A stretch of 30,367 nt of DNA from a virus (lineage: Duplodnaviria > Heunggongvirae > Uroviricota > Caudoviricetes). Both the position numbers and the translations under genes were made by a program. Numbering within the stretch: the stretch's first letter is position 1; the number at the start of each line of letters is the position of its first letter. The notes beneath the pieces are model-generated. The model saw only the letters and a program-made list of their open reading frames with translations, did no database searches and was not told the origin of the DNA. The DNA lies in the IMG/VR virus record IMGVR_UViG_3300036885_000228, positions 1-30,367 of that record; one strand, given 5' to 3'. Below are positions 1-8,755 of the stretch, in pieces.

Positions 1-4
1 CAAT

Positions 5-277
5 ATGTCAATTCAACTCCAAAACATTAATAGACAAATTGTATTAGCATATAAAGAATACGATGAGAAGGTAGACAAATCAAAGAGAGAACCAATTCGT
101 GAAAGAATCGGTCATTTATTTGAAGAAAAAAGAGCAGAATTATCAAGAATTGAATTTGAAAAAGCAGAAAAATTTATTAAACATTTCAATATTTGGACTG
201 TTATAGAAGTAAATAAAGATAATTATAAGATTGATCGATATAATAAGAATCAAATCAAATTGGATAAAAGAAAATAA
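5..277 (+). CDS. Hypothetical protein (90 aa; may extend 5' of the window)
   Basis: ORF track; no recognisable motif. Confidence 0.6.
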   Translation: MSIQLQNINRQIVLAYKEYDEKVDKSKREPIRERIGHLFEEKRAELSRIEFEKAEKFIKHFNIWTVIEVNKDNYKIDRYNKNQIKLDKRK

Positions 278-291
278 ATATTGATATTTTT

Positions 292-945
292 ATGCCAACT
301 GGAATTTATAATAGAACTGAGAAAGGAAGAAATAATATGGCATTAGCTAAAATTGGAAAAGTTGGACAGACAAAAGGTAAGCATTGGAAAGTAAAAGACA
401 CAACAAAGTATAAATGGACAGATGAACGTAAAAAAGAAAGAAGTGAAAAGACAAAAGGTAAACCAAGTCATGCACTTGGAAAACATTGGAAACAATCAGA
501 TGAAACCAAACTAAAACATCAGGAAGCTGCTATGGGTTATAAATTTACAAAAGAACAAATACAACATTGTCGTGATTCGCATATAGGAAATCATCAATCA
601 GAAAAAACTAAAAATAAACAACGATTATCTCATATAAAACGTATTGAATTGAATTATGGAATTTGTTGGCCATCATATAATAAAAAGGCCTGCGAGTATT
701 TCAAAAAGTTTGATGAAGACCATAATACTAAGGGTCACTATGCAATGTATGGTGGAGGAGAACACCAAGTTAAAGAATTAGGATATTTTCTTGACTATAT
801 CAACTTTGAAAAGAAACTAATTATTGAATGGGATGAAAAACATCATTTTGATGAAAAAGGTAATTTGAAAGAAAAAGATATTCAGCGTCAGAAAGAGATT
901 CAAGAATATTATCCAGATTTCGAATTTAAAAGAATAAAAGGATAA
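292..945 (+). CDS. Free-standing homing endonuclease (NUMOD3-like basic repeats + C-terminal DUF559/Vsr-like nuclease)
   Basis: MPTGIY start, repeated KH(W/Q)S(D/E)(E/K)TK motifs, C-terminal YFLDYINFEKKLIIEWDEKHH...KDIQRQKEI typical of Vsr-like PD-(D/E)xK endonucleases. No group I core motifs seen around it. Confidence 0.8.
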   Translation: MPTGIYNRTEKGRNNMALAKIGKVGQTKGKHWKVKDTTKYKWTDERKKERSEKTKGKPSHALGKHWKQSDETKLKHQEAAMGYKFTKEQIQHCRDSHIGNHQSEKTKNKQRLSHIKRIELNYGICWPSYNKKACEYFKKFDEDHNTKGHYAMYGGGEHQVKELGYFLDYINFEKKLIIEWDEKHHFDEKGNLKEKDIQRQKEIQEYYPDFEFKRIKG

Positions 946-1012
946 TAAATTCTTAATGTTATGACAAGAAAAATTTAATAAAGCGTGACTTGCGCAAATA
1001 ATATTTACTTCT

Positions 1013-1150
1013 ATGTCTCCAATACAAGTGAAACGTCAAGAATGTATTGTTTATAGTAGAGTAGTGGGTTATTTGTCTCCAATTCAAGGTTGGAATAAAG
1101 CTAAGAGAGAAGAATTTAAAGATCGTAAGACTTTCAATCTAGACAAATAA
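1013..1150 (+). CDS. nrdD: Stand-alone class III ribonucleotide reductase C-terminal glycyl-radical domain (45 aa; below ORF-track cutoff)
   Basis: Hand translation: MSPIQVKRQECIVYSRVVGYLSPIQGWNKAKREEFKDRKTFNLDK*. Contains the NrdD signature YSRVVGYL..WN..K.EEF.DR. Confidence 0.85.
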   Translation: MSPIQVKRQECIVYSRVVGYLSPIQGWNKAKREEFKDRKTFNLDK

Positions 1151-1205
1151 AAGTTGTCACTAGATTGATTTCAGATAACAGAAAGTATTAAAACAATAAG
1201 AATAT

Positions 1206-1457
1206 ATGACTATTAAGATGATAAAAATTAGAAGACATAAATGGTTTCCTTTTATTGTGAAGGAAGTCATTCTACAAATTACTCCAGATTCTCCATTGAA
1301 GAGTGAAGTCGTCATAAGTGGTAAGACAGAAAAAGGTGAAAGTATCAAGTCATTAGTTGAAACTGAAGAAGAGTCTTATGAACAACCACTCTGTAATAAT
1401 TGGTCACTACATATTAATAAAGGAAAAGTTAATAAAGTAAAAGTAAATTACGACTAA
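1206..1457 (+). CDS. Hypothetical protein
   Basis: ORF track; co-directional, abuts the next gene. Confidence 0.65.
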   Translation: MTIKMIKIRRHKWFPFIVKEVILQITPDSPLKSEVVISGKTEKGESIKSLVETEEESYEQPLCNNWSLHINKGKVNKVKVNYD

Positions 1458-1458
1458 T

Positions 1459-2004
1459 ATGAACATCATCGATGCAATAAAGTATGTAAAATTCAAAGAA
1501 GTAAAAAGAGCAATGAAATATCATTATCCTGACACTAGTAAGAAATCGATGGATCAATATGAAAAGATAATGAAAGAAATTGGAGAGTATAAATTAAAAG
1601 AGGATAAGAATTGGGAACTTAGAATTGATTTGGTTACAGCATCAAAATTTTATGTTAAAAGGGAAAAGAAATGGTATGACGATATTAAGATTGGTGAGGA
1701 ATATTATGTTACGCATGTAAAAAAGATGTTAAAAGATAAAGATGATTATTATGGTTGTTATGCTATTGAATTTACTCGTTGGGAAGAATCGTCAAAATGG
1801 AAAATATCAACTGATGTTTTAAAGAAATATACGCTTCCTGAAATCATTGCTCATTATCTTTGGGAAATAACATATTGTGGATTCACTCAAAAACAAAGTC
1901 AGAATAAATTGAAAGAACTTCATAAACGAATAGCAATGATTAAAGATAATATTGGATCTTCATTACCATTAGATAAGGAAAAACTTAAAAATTTTGGAAA
2001 ATAA
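1459..2004 (+). CDS. Conserved hypothetical protein, DUF6557-like
   Basis: C-terminal WE...EIIAHYLWEITYCGF motif recalled from DUF6557 family; not verified by search. Confidence 0.6.
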   Translation: MNIIDAIKYVKFKEVKRAMKYHYPDTSKKSMDQYEKIMKEIGEYKLKEDKNWELRIDLVTASKFYVKREKKWYDDIKIGEEYYVTHVKKMLKDKDDYYGCYAIEFTRWEESSKWKISTDVLKKYTLPEIIAHYLWEITYCGFTQKQSQNKLKELHKRIAMIKDNIGSSLPLDKEKLKNFGK

Positions 2005-2019
2005 TTATATTTTAAAAAA

Positions 2020-2340
2020 ATGACTAGACAACAATTTGAAGAAGCGGCAAGTAAAATTTTTAAGAATTGTTTAGCAATTAGCAAATCAAAACAGAATGAC
2101 TATTGTGCAAATCAAGATCCATTTGACAATTTGAGGAGATGTGAAATTTGTGGGGTTTCAATAGAACAAGGAATCTTTACTAGATTGTCAGATAAATTTA
2201 GCAGGATTGGGAGTTTAATCAAAAAGATGAACAGTCAAGATGAACAACTAGTAAAAGATGAAACTCTTGACGACACGCTAAATGACTTAATAAATTATAC
2301 AGTCTTGCTGAAAATCTATTTAATTGAGAAATCAAAATAG
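2020..2340 (+). CDS. Nucleotide modification associated domain 1 (Nmad1/DUF1599)-like protein
   Basis: K..DY...DPF.NLR...G...RL.DK..RI..L...V.DE..DDTL.DL.NY pattern of this all-alpha family. Confidence 0.75.
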   Translation: MTRQQFEEAASKIFKNCLAISKSKQNDYCANQDPFDNLRRCEICGVSIEQGIFTRLSDKFSRIGSLIKKMNSQDEQLVKDETLDDTLNDLINYTVLLKIYLIEKSK

Positions 2341-2427
2341 TCACAAATTGACAAAAACTTATGGTTGTAAGGAAAATTGAAATCAAAAGTAAAAAATTTT
2401 GTTAAACATTAAATAAGAAAAAGGGTA

Positions 2428-2456
2428 TTTACAATAGTTTAAAAATATGATATAAT
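2428..2456 (+). promoter_or_regulatory. Sigma70-type promoter with extended -10
   Basis: TTTACA (2428-2433), 17-nt spacer, TGa-TATAAT (2451-2456); followed by ATACT as in the copy at 17307-17335. Confidence 0.75.
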
Positions 2457-2470
2457 ATACTTATAGTGGT

Positions 2471-2590
2471 ATTGTTTTTAGTAATCTGTCTAGGAACGAA
2501 AAGCATGGAGATTTAAACATGCCTCGAGGAGGGTTATTCTTCTAAATAGGTGTCGCAAATCTTCTTTCCTGGCAGATTACTAAACATAAT
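2471..2590 (+). ncRNA. Candidate structured RNA immediately downstream of the promoter
   Basis: 2477-2490 pairs with 2571-2584 (14 bp, one G-U), plus 5 bp after a bulge; inner hairpin GCATG/CATGC (2503-2522). No known family recognised. Confidence 0.45.
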
Positions 2591-2910
2591 ATGAACATTT
2601 GCAAACCTGTCTACTCCACATGATGATATTTTTCATCACTTCCACTAGTGAATGTGATTGAATTTCTCTTTAGCAGATATAAAGAAAAATTTAATCGTAT
2701 CTGGTATTTTGCGACCCGGAAAGAGTGGCTAGTAAATGAGGTTCTATATAATTAGGGAGCAATGAAGAAGGCAAATCGAATCTAAAAAGTAAATGGTCAA
2801 ATTGACAAATACTTATTGATTTTTCTGCTCCCTACAAATCTTTAGACATTTTAAGATATGCCAATAAGCAAAAAGGGAACATGGTATGGATTTAAAAAAG
2901 GAAACCAAAT

Positions 2911-3177
2911 ATGGCTAATGATAAAAAACATCGAGACAAATCAGATAATGAAAAGTATTACAGACACACGACATCTAAAACTGGAAAATGGAGAGGAAAA
3001 TCAATTACTAGTTATAAAAAATATCATTCTCCTTCACATCCGATTAAACATGATGAAATTTTTACAGTTGTATTAAATGGTGCACAGAAAGGTGAAAGTC
3101 AAATAGTTATTAGAGAAGTTTATAAGAGACTATTAACTGATCACAGAATTAAAGAAACAGTTAGGGGAGTGTTATAA
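2911..3177 (+). CDS. Hypothetical basic protein
   Basis: ORF track; AT-rich AAATATG start context like neighbouring genes. Confidence 0.55.
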   Translation: MANDKKHRDKSDNEKYYRHTTSKTGKWRGKSITSYKKYHSPSHPIKHDEIFTVVLNGAQKGESQIVIREVYKRLLTDHRIKETVRGVL

Positions 3178-3193
3178 TTTATGCCAAAATGAT

Positions 3194-3361
3194 ATGTCAG
3201 ATAGGATTATCATTCAAAAACAGACTAGTTGTATTGGAGAACTTTATTGGATGTTTGCAATTGTCTATACATTTATGAAGTGGGGATTCTGGTGGGGTGT
3301 TCTAAGTTTCATTTTACCGATTTTTCCAATAATTGATCTAATTAAATACATTTTCAAATAA
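3194..3361 (+). CDS. Small membrane protein (55 aa; below ORF-track cutoff)
   Basis: Hand translation MSDRIIIQKQTSCIGELYWMFAIVYTFMKWGFWWGVLSFILPIFPIIDLIKYIFK*; hydrophobic, fills the gap between genes. Confidence 0.65.
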   Translation: MSDRIIIQKQTSCIGELYWMFAIVYTFMKWGFWWGVLSFILPIFPIIDLIKYIFK

Positions 3362-3380
3362 GACTCTAGATATCAAGATC

Positions 3381-3900
3381 GTATAACAATTGTAAGAACT
3401 CTTTTAAGAAATGATGTAATGAATCATTGATTTTTTTACTAACGGTGGAATAAAAATATGTCAATAGATCAATCAAAAAACTATCAGGATTCTGAATTTC
3501 AGAAATCTTACAAAAAATTACGAAAAGGTGGAGATGGATCTGGTGGTGCAAGAGAAGGTGCTGGACGACCCGCAGGAAGTGGAGGAAAAGAAATGGGTGG
3601 AGGAAAAGAATTAGGAGGAAAGGAACCAGCAATAAGTAATAAGGTAGATAATAAGACTTATAATAGTATTCGTGATATTATTGAAGGACATTTTGCATCA
3701 GATGAAAAAGATTGGGATAAAGATACGAAAACAGCAATAACAAGATATGTTGCCAATCAAAAAGCAGGAATGTCAAATAGTAAGAATCTTGCAAATATTG
3801 GTGATAAATATGAATCAACGCTTTGGAGAAGAAATGGTGGAGAAAGTGGAATGTAATATATTAAGACCTCAAATATAAAGACTGTATAACAACTGTAAGA
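3381..3900 (+). repeat. Direct repeat pair GTATAACAA(T/C)TGTAAGA at 3381-3397 and 3884-3900
   Basis: 16/17 identical, with weaker similarity extending about 20 nt upstream; both intergenic, bracketing ORF 3458-3856. Confidence 0.7.
3458..3856 (+). CDS. KGG-motif protein 1, putative internal head/cargo protein
   Basis: EFQKSYKKLRK followed by GGDGSGGAREGAGRPAGS, shared with three other ORFs. Confidence 0.75.
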   Translation: MSIDQSKNYQDSEFQKSYKKLRKGGDGSGGAREGAGRPAGSGGKEMGGGKELGGKEPAISNKVDNKTYNSIRDIIEGHFASDEKDWDKDTKTAITRYVANQKAGMSNSKNLANIGDKYESTLWRRNGGESGM

Positions 3901-3929
3901 CTTACTTTATAAAATAACTTAACTCGTTA

Positions 3930-4274
3930 TTGATTTTTTGTTATATGATAGTAGAAGAAAAGACCTATAAATTCAAAAGGGAGAACTGGAAAGAGCTATT
4001 TAGAATAAATGTCTCATCTAAATTGGCAAGTAATGAAATAGAACTCCCAAGAGGATTTATCTATTATGAAACAGATATAGTGAGAGATATTGACGTTTAT
4101 TATTTATGGTTATTAATCCCTATAATGGTTCTGAAAGAAATTGCCACTAATATTTGGTACTTTATACCTAAAAAACTTTATCAGAATGGCCATTTAAGAC
4201 ATATAGAAGGAACTGCAACTAATTGGTTTTACTTTAAAGATATCAGTATAAGGAAAATACTTAAATCAAAATAA
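3930..4274 (+). CDS. Hypothetical protein (start may be ATG 3945)
   Basis: ORF track; central hydrophobic stretch. Confidence 0.6.
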   Translation: MIFCYMIVEEKTYKFKRENWKELFRINVSSKLASNEIELPRGFIYYETDIVRDIDVYYLWLLIPIMVLKEIATNIWYFIPKKLYQNGHLRHIEGTATNWFYFKDISIRKILKSK

Positions 4275-4347
4275 CACATCTTACCTAACGTTTAATAAAA
4301 TTTAGAAAACTGTCAGAATTGTTAACTAAGTTTAAGAAAACATTACT

Positions 4348-4839
4348 ATGGCTGGAAGAGGCGGATTTATGCCAGGAGGTGGACGACCAAAAGGCAGTAA
4401 ATCAAAGACGACAATTGAGAAAGAACATATAAGACAAGAGATACATCAAAGAGTTCTTAAAGGTTCTAAACGGATAATTAATAGCCAGTTCAATCTAGCA
4501 AATGGTTGTAGTTTTTTATATCGAATAGATAAAGATGAAAAAGGACATAATTCAAAACCTGTTCTAGTTAAAGACCAAGCAGAAATAGAGACTTATTTAT
4601 CTGGTGAATATGATGAGGAAGATACATATTACTTTATTACTACAGAGAAACCAGATATTCGAGCAATTCAAGATTTATGGGATAGAGTAATTGGTAAACC
4701 TCCCCAAGTTGTACAGGGAGATGAAGATGCACCGATTTACTCAATAGTCGTAAATAGATTTAATCCAAATGATAATAACGGAAAAACAAGCAATAAACCT
4801 GACGGAATTTCAGGACCGAGCAATATTCAGTCCAAGTAG
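4348..4839 (+). CDS. terS: Terminase small subunit
   Basis: N-terminal GGxxxGxGRPKGSK motif, AI..L.DR..GKP.Q motif, position directly before terL. Confidence 0.75.
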   Translation: MAGRGGFMPGGGRPKGSKSKTTIEKEHIRQEIHQRVLKGSKRIINSQFNLANGCSFLYRIDKDEKGHNSKPVLVKDQAEIETYLSGEYDEEDTYYFITTEKPDIRAIQDLWDRVIGKPPQVVQGDEDAPIYSIVVNRFNPNDNNGKTSNKPDGISGPSNIQSK

Positions 4840-6127
4840 ATTTGTTGCTATTATTTCTGGCATCCAAGGAGGGAAAACGTTTGCTGGTGCTATATGGTCT
4901 CGTTTACAATATGATGAATTTCAACAGGATGATGGATTAATTTGTGCACCAACATATAAAATATTATCACAATCAACATTACCGAAGTTCTTTGAACTAA
5001 ATCCAGATCTAAGAAAGTATTATAGAGAAGGAAGAGGGACAATTGAAGCTCCAGGTCGTGGTATCATATATATCCGATCAACTGAGAACCCAAACGTGAT
5101 TGAAGGTATGACATTACGTTGGATATGGGCAGATGAAGCAGGACAAATGAAACTCCAAGCTTGGATCAATATTCAAGGTCGTGTAAGTATATTGAAAGGC
5201 AAAGTATTCATAACATCAACACCATATAAGATAAACTGGCTTAGAACTGATTTCTTTGAAGCTTGGAAAAAGTGCAATTTAGACTATGATGTAGTTCAAT
5301 TTCGTTCAGTTGATAACCCTTATTTCCCTGCAGATGAATTTGAGAGAGTTAAAAATACGATGGATAGAAGGATATTCGAAAGACGTTATTGCGGATTATT
5401 CACAAAGATGGAAGGATTGGTGTATGAGGACTTTAACTATTCAGCAGCGTGTTCTGACAAATTGCCTAACAAGTTTGATACTGTGATAGGTGGAGTGGAT
5501 TGGGGATGGAATGCTCCTGCAGCAATAATTATAATTGGTATTCATGACAATACATATTATATTATAGACGAATTCTATCAAGAACATCAATCTACTGAAG
5601 ATCTAGCAAAAGTAGCATTAAGATTCAAAGACCAATATGGTGTTTCAATGTTCTACTGTGATAGTGCTGAACCAGATAGAATAGAAGTTTTCAAAAAGAC
5701 TGTAGAAGCAAAAGGATCAAATAAAGACATTTCCTTTGGTGTTGAAAAGATTCAAGGATTGATAAAAGAAGGGAAATTCATAGTTCATCCAAAATGCAAG
5801 TTCTTTCTTGAAGAAATAGAAGCATATCATTATCCTGAACAGAAAGAGAATAAAGCAGAGAAAGAGAATCCAGAAAAAGTAGATGATCATGCAATGGATG
5901 CAATGAGATATGCAATAGTTTCTTATTTGACACAAAACAAGATAATGTTTGTGCAACTTGAGGGAGATCGAAAGTATTTCAATCCAACACTAAATCGAGA
6001 ACCTTTACCTGCAATACCAGTTGCTAATGAGAATTTATCTGAGAAAGAAAGAGTAGAACAAATACGCAAACTCGATAGAGAGATAATTATTGAGGAAGAA
6101 CGTAAAAGATTTAATTCAGGGTATTAA
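4769..6127 (+). CDS. terL: Terminase large subunit (PBSX-like)
   Basis: Walker A SGIQGGKT, Walker B WIWADEA, ITSTP motif, RNase H-like GVDWGWNAP and DDHAMDAMRY. Confidence 0.95.
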   Translation: MIITEKQAINLTEFQDRAIFSPSRFVAIISGIQGGKTFAGAIWSRLQYDEFQQDDGLICAPTYKILSQSTLPKFFELNPDLRKYYREGRGTIEAPGRGIIYIRSTENPNVIEGMTLRWIWADEAGQMKLQAWINIQGRVSILKGKVFITSTPYKINWLRTDFFEAWKKCNLDYDVVQFRSVDNPYFPADEFERVKNTMDRRIFERRYCGLFTKMEGLVYEDFNYSAACSDKLPNKFDTVIGGVDWGWNAPAAIIIIGIHDNTYYIIDEFYQEHQSTEDLAKVALRFKDQYGVSMFYCDSAEPDRIEVFKKTVEAKGSNKDISFGVEKIQGLIKEGKFIVHPKCKFFLEEIEAYHYPEQKENKAEKENPEKVDDHAMDAMRYAIVSYLTQNKIMFVQLEGDRKYFNPTLNREPLPAIPVANENLSEKERVEQIRKLDREIIIEEERKRFNSGY

Positions 6128-6131
6128 AAAT

Positions 6132-6278
6132 ATGGCAAAATTAGGTTCAAAATTCTCAAAGGAATTATACCCTAATAGAGGAATGCGAAATAAAAAACAC
6201 TCGAAAGAAACTATAGAATTGAAATTTAAATGCAAAGATGGAGATAATACAATGGGAATCGGATTAGTAATTCTATGA
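6132..6278 (+). pseudogene. Remnant of a NUMOD3-type homing endonuclease
   Basis: GMRNKKHSKETIE NUMOD3-like motif in a 48-aa ORF with no nuclease domain; its TGA overlaps the FkbM ATG. Confidence 0.55.
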
Positions 6279-6901
6279 GTGAAATAAATACACTATATAA
6301 TAAGCTCTATAGAAAATTAGTATTTGACATTGGTTCGAATGTTGGAGACATGACAAAGAAATATTTGGACTTAGGAGCGGATATAGTTGTAGCAGTAGAA
6401 CCACAATTAGAATGCTTTGACAGCCCAAACTATAGTGAAGCAATTTGCGTAAATAAAGCAATATCAAATATATCAGGACAAAAGATAACGTTCTATCGGA
6501 ATAATCGTTCAGCAATATCTTCATGTTCTAATAGATGGTTAGAAGGCAGATTTAAAGGACAACAATGGAAAGAGGAAGAAGTAGAAACAATTACATTAGA
6601 TGATTTAATCAAGCAATATGGAGTTCCTTATTTTATCAAAATAGATGTTGAAGGATATGAGAGGATGGCATTAGAAGGTCTATCACAAAAAGTAGAATAT
6701 CTATCAATTGAATATACTGAAGAGTTAAAAGATGAAACTCTTAAGTGCATTGAAATGCTAGAAAAACTAGGATATGAGAAATGTACGATTATAGATGAAT
6801 ATCACAATAGGCCAATTAAAGATTTAGATAATATAGAACAAGTAAAAGAGTACCTAAACATATTAGACTACTTAGATTGGGGAACACTTTTATTTTACTA
6901 A
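6275..6901 (+). CDS. FkbM-family SAM-dependent methyltransferase
   Basis: VFDIGSNVG, AVEPQ, TITLDDL, IKIDVEGYE motifs. Confidence 0.9.
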   Translation: MSEINTLYNKLYRKLVFDIGSNVGDMTKKYLDLGADIVVAVEPQLECFDSPNYSEAICVNKAISNISGQKITFYRNNRSAISSCSNRWLEGRFKGQQWKEEEVETITLDDLIKQYGVPYFIKIDVEGYERMALEGLSQKVEYLSIEYTEELKDETLKCIEMLEKLGYEKCTIIDEYHNRPIKDLDNIEQVKEYLNILDYLDWGTLLFY

Positions 6902-6904
6902 ATT

Positions 6905-7504
6905 ATGTCAAGAAATACTTTAAGTATTATCACATCATGTTCAAGGCCAGAAGCAATCTTTGATGTTTATGAGTCAGTGAAAGGATCAGTTAAAAAACTT
7001 GAAGATAGAACTTATAATATTTACTGGTACATAATTTACGACGGTGAAAAAGTAAAAGAAGCAAATAAAAGGAACTTTACAGATGAAGATGCTTGGATTA
7101 TTGAAGGTTCTACAAGTGAAGTTAGTAAAGGATATAAGCAACGGAATTTTGCTCTTGACATGATTAAAGATGGATGGGTATGTTTCTTAGATGATGACAA
7201 TATAATGCATCCAAATTTTTACACTGAAATATCTAAGCATTTAGATGAAGACTTAAATGGGATTGTAATTGATCAGATTTTCAAATTTGGTAATAATCGA
7301 TTAGTTGCAAGACTAGAGAATATGAGAGTTTGTAATATTGATATTGCCCAATACATTCTGAGACGTGAATATATTGGGGATAAACGATTCGACATTGAAT
7401 ATTGTGCTGATGGACATTTCATTGAAGACTTATATCGAGCAAATCCAAAAAAGTTTCTATTTATCAATCAACCACTTTGCTATTATAATTATTTAAAATC
7501 ATGA
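6905..7504 (+). CDS. GT-A fold glycosyltransferase (GT2-like)
   Basis: IITSCSRP start, RNFALD, WVCFLDDDN (DxD), ADGHF. Confidence 0.85.
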   Translation: MSRNTLSIITSCSRPEAIFDVYESVKGSVKKLEDRTYNIYWYIIYDGEKVKEANKRNFTDEDAWIIEGSTSEVSKGYKQRNFALDMIKDGWVCFLDDDNIMHPNFYTEISKHLDEDLNGIVIDQIFKFGNNRLVARLENMRVCNIDIAQYILRREYIGDKRFDIEYCADGHFIEDLYRANPKKFLFINQPLCYYNYLKS

Positions 7505-7800
7505 ATGGAGTATTTCATGAAGGACAACCAACAAATCAGATTCCAGTATTATGTAGAGGAAAAGCACAAGGAAGTAATGAATGGCAATATGGTGATTTAA
7601 GTTTTTCAGTTACTCCAACAATTACTAGAAAAGATGCAAGTTTCTGGTTTAAATATTGGTATGTTATAAGTAATCAAATTGAGCCAAATTACACAGTAAG
7701 TTCTTTTGTTGCTCCAGATTCAATACAACTACAACTTTGCAGATTAGATGAAAAGAAAGATCTATTTGCAAATTTATTTAATATAAGAAAATCTAATTAA
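7501..7800 (+). CDS. Hypothetical protein
   Basis: ATGA-coupled to the upstream gene. Confidence 0.7.
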   Translation: MNGVFHEGQPTNQIPVLCRGKAQGSNEWQYGDLSFSVTPTITRKDASFWFKYWYVISNQIEPNYTVSSFVAPDSIQLQLCRLDEKKDLFANLFNIRKSN

Positions 7801-7816
7801 CTAACATACAACTTAT

Positions 7817-8059
7817 ATGAGCGGTGGTGCATATAAAAAATGTGATTGTTGTTCAAGGTTATTTCCAGAAGATGAATTGGAGACAGTAGTTATCAAAATT
7901 AAGAAATGCAAGACATGCAATCCTAATATTGATAGCATGATTCAGACTCGACCAGAATTAAAATCCCTTGGTGCTCCAGTAAGGAGACCTGCAAGTATTG
8001 CCGAGGTGTCAATGAAACCACCTTCTCCAGACGATGAAGGAGTTCCTCTTAAGAAATAA
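7817..8059 (+). CDS. Small Cys-rich (putative Zn-binding) protein
   Basis: CDCC...CKTC. Confidence 0.65.
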   Translation: MSGGAYKKCDCCSRLFPEDELETVVIKIKKCKTCNPNIDSMIQTRPELKSLGAPVRRPASIAEVSMKPPSPDDEGVPLKK

Positions 8060-8069
8060 TTTTAATAAC

Positions 8070-8288
8070 ATGAAAACACAAGTAACAATACAATTCATAA
8101 TCGATTGTGGAGATACAGAAGCAACAGGATTTCAAGCTCAAAAGATCTTTACAAAAATGCTAAACGAGTTCCTTAATAATAGTTTTGATGTAGATATAGT
8201 TGATACCGATACTAGTGTTTCAGGTAAACACATCTTAATTCTTAACTCTAAAAAAGATGTTCAACCAAACAGTGAAGGGGTTAAGTAA
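8070..8288 (+). CDS. Hypothetical protein (likely start ATG 8070)
   Basis: ORF 8034-8288; ATG 8070 avoids overlap with the upstream gene. Confidence 0.6.
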   Translation: MKTQVTIQFIIDCGDTEATGFQAQKIFTKMLNEFLNNSFDVDIVDTDTSVSGKHILILNSKKDVQPNSEGVK

Positions 8289-8724
8289 AGGATTAGCAAA
8301 AGGAGAGAAGGGATTATTGATACCATCTGCATTTAAGGGTAAGAATCGTAGAATGACTATTCAATTTGCTTGTTTATTTGCATTAAAAGTTGCAGATGAT
8401 TTTATCCAAACTAAGATGGGAAAGGAAGGAAACAGTATAAAGGAGTACATTGAATTCATGAATAGAATATGTGAAGAGAAGTGGAAAGAAATTAGAGCTC
8501 AAGCAAAAGATGGTAAATGGTCAGTGAATTTCGGCATTGAAGATAAATACGATTTGACTGGGCAAAAGGCAATGATTGCAGTAAGTGATGCTACCGATAA
8601 ATTGATTGCATCGAATAGATTTATAAAATCTGCAGTTCGTTTATTCTGGGATAGTCATGGGAGCGAAACGGACAACCTAAAGTATTTCATTGAATGGTTA
8701 AGTAAAAATAGTAGCAAGATTTAA
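8257..8724 (+). CDS. Hypothetical helical protein
   Basis: ORF track; start uncertain. Confidence 0.65.
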   Translation: MFNQTVKGLSKGLAKGEKGLLIPSAFKGKNRRMTIQFACLFALKVADDFIQTKMGKEGNSIKEYIEFMNRICEEKWKEIRAQAKDGKWSVNFGIEDKYDLTGQKAMIAVSDATDKLIASNRFIKSAVRLFWDSHGSETDNLKYFIEWLSKNSSKI

Positions 8725-8755
8725 TTAAAGATATTATTAAAATAAATAAAACATT

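Noticed and set aside
292-1150. Endonuclease 292-945 as part of an intron in nrdD
   Set aside because: No P7 elements (GAGACTA/TAGTC) flank it, and the upstream ORF is not NrdD-like.
2591-2755. Short frame with tandem TGA TGA, suggesting readthrough
   Set aside because: TGA is a real stop elsewhere; at most a 35-aa GTG-started ORF with no support.
4769-4839. Programmed frameshift fusing TerS and TerL across their 71-nt overlap
   Set aside because: No canonical slippery heptamer or stimulatory structure seen; terL has its own ATG.
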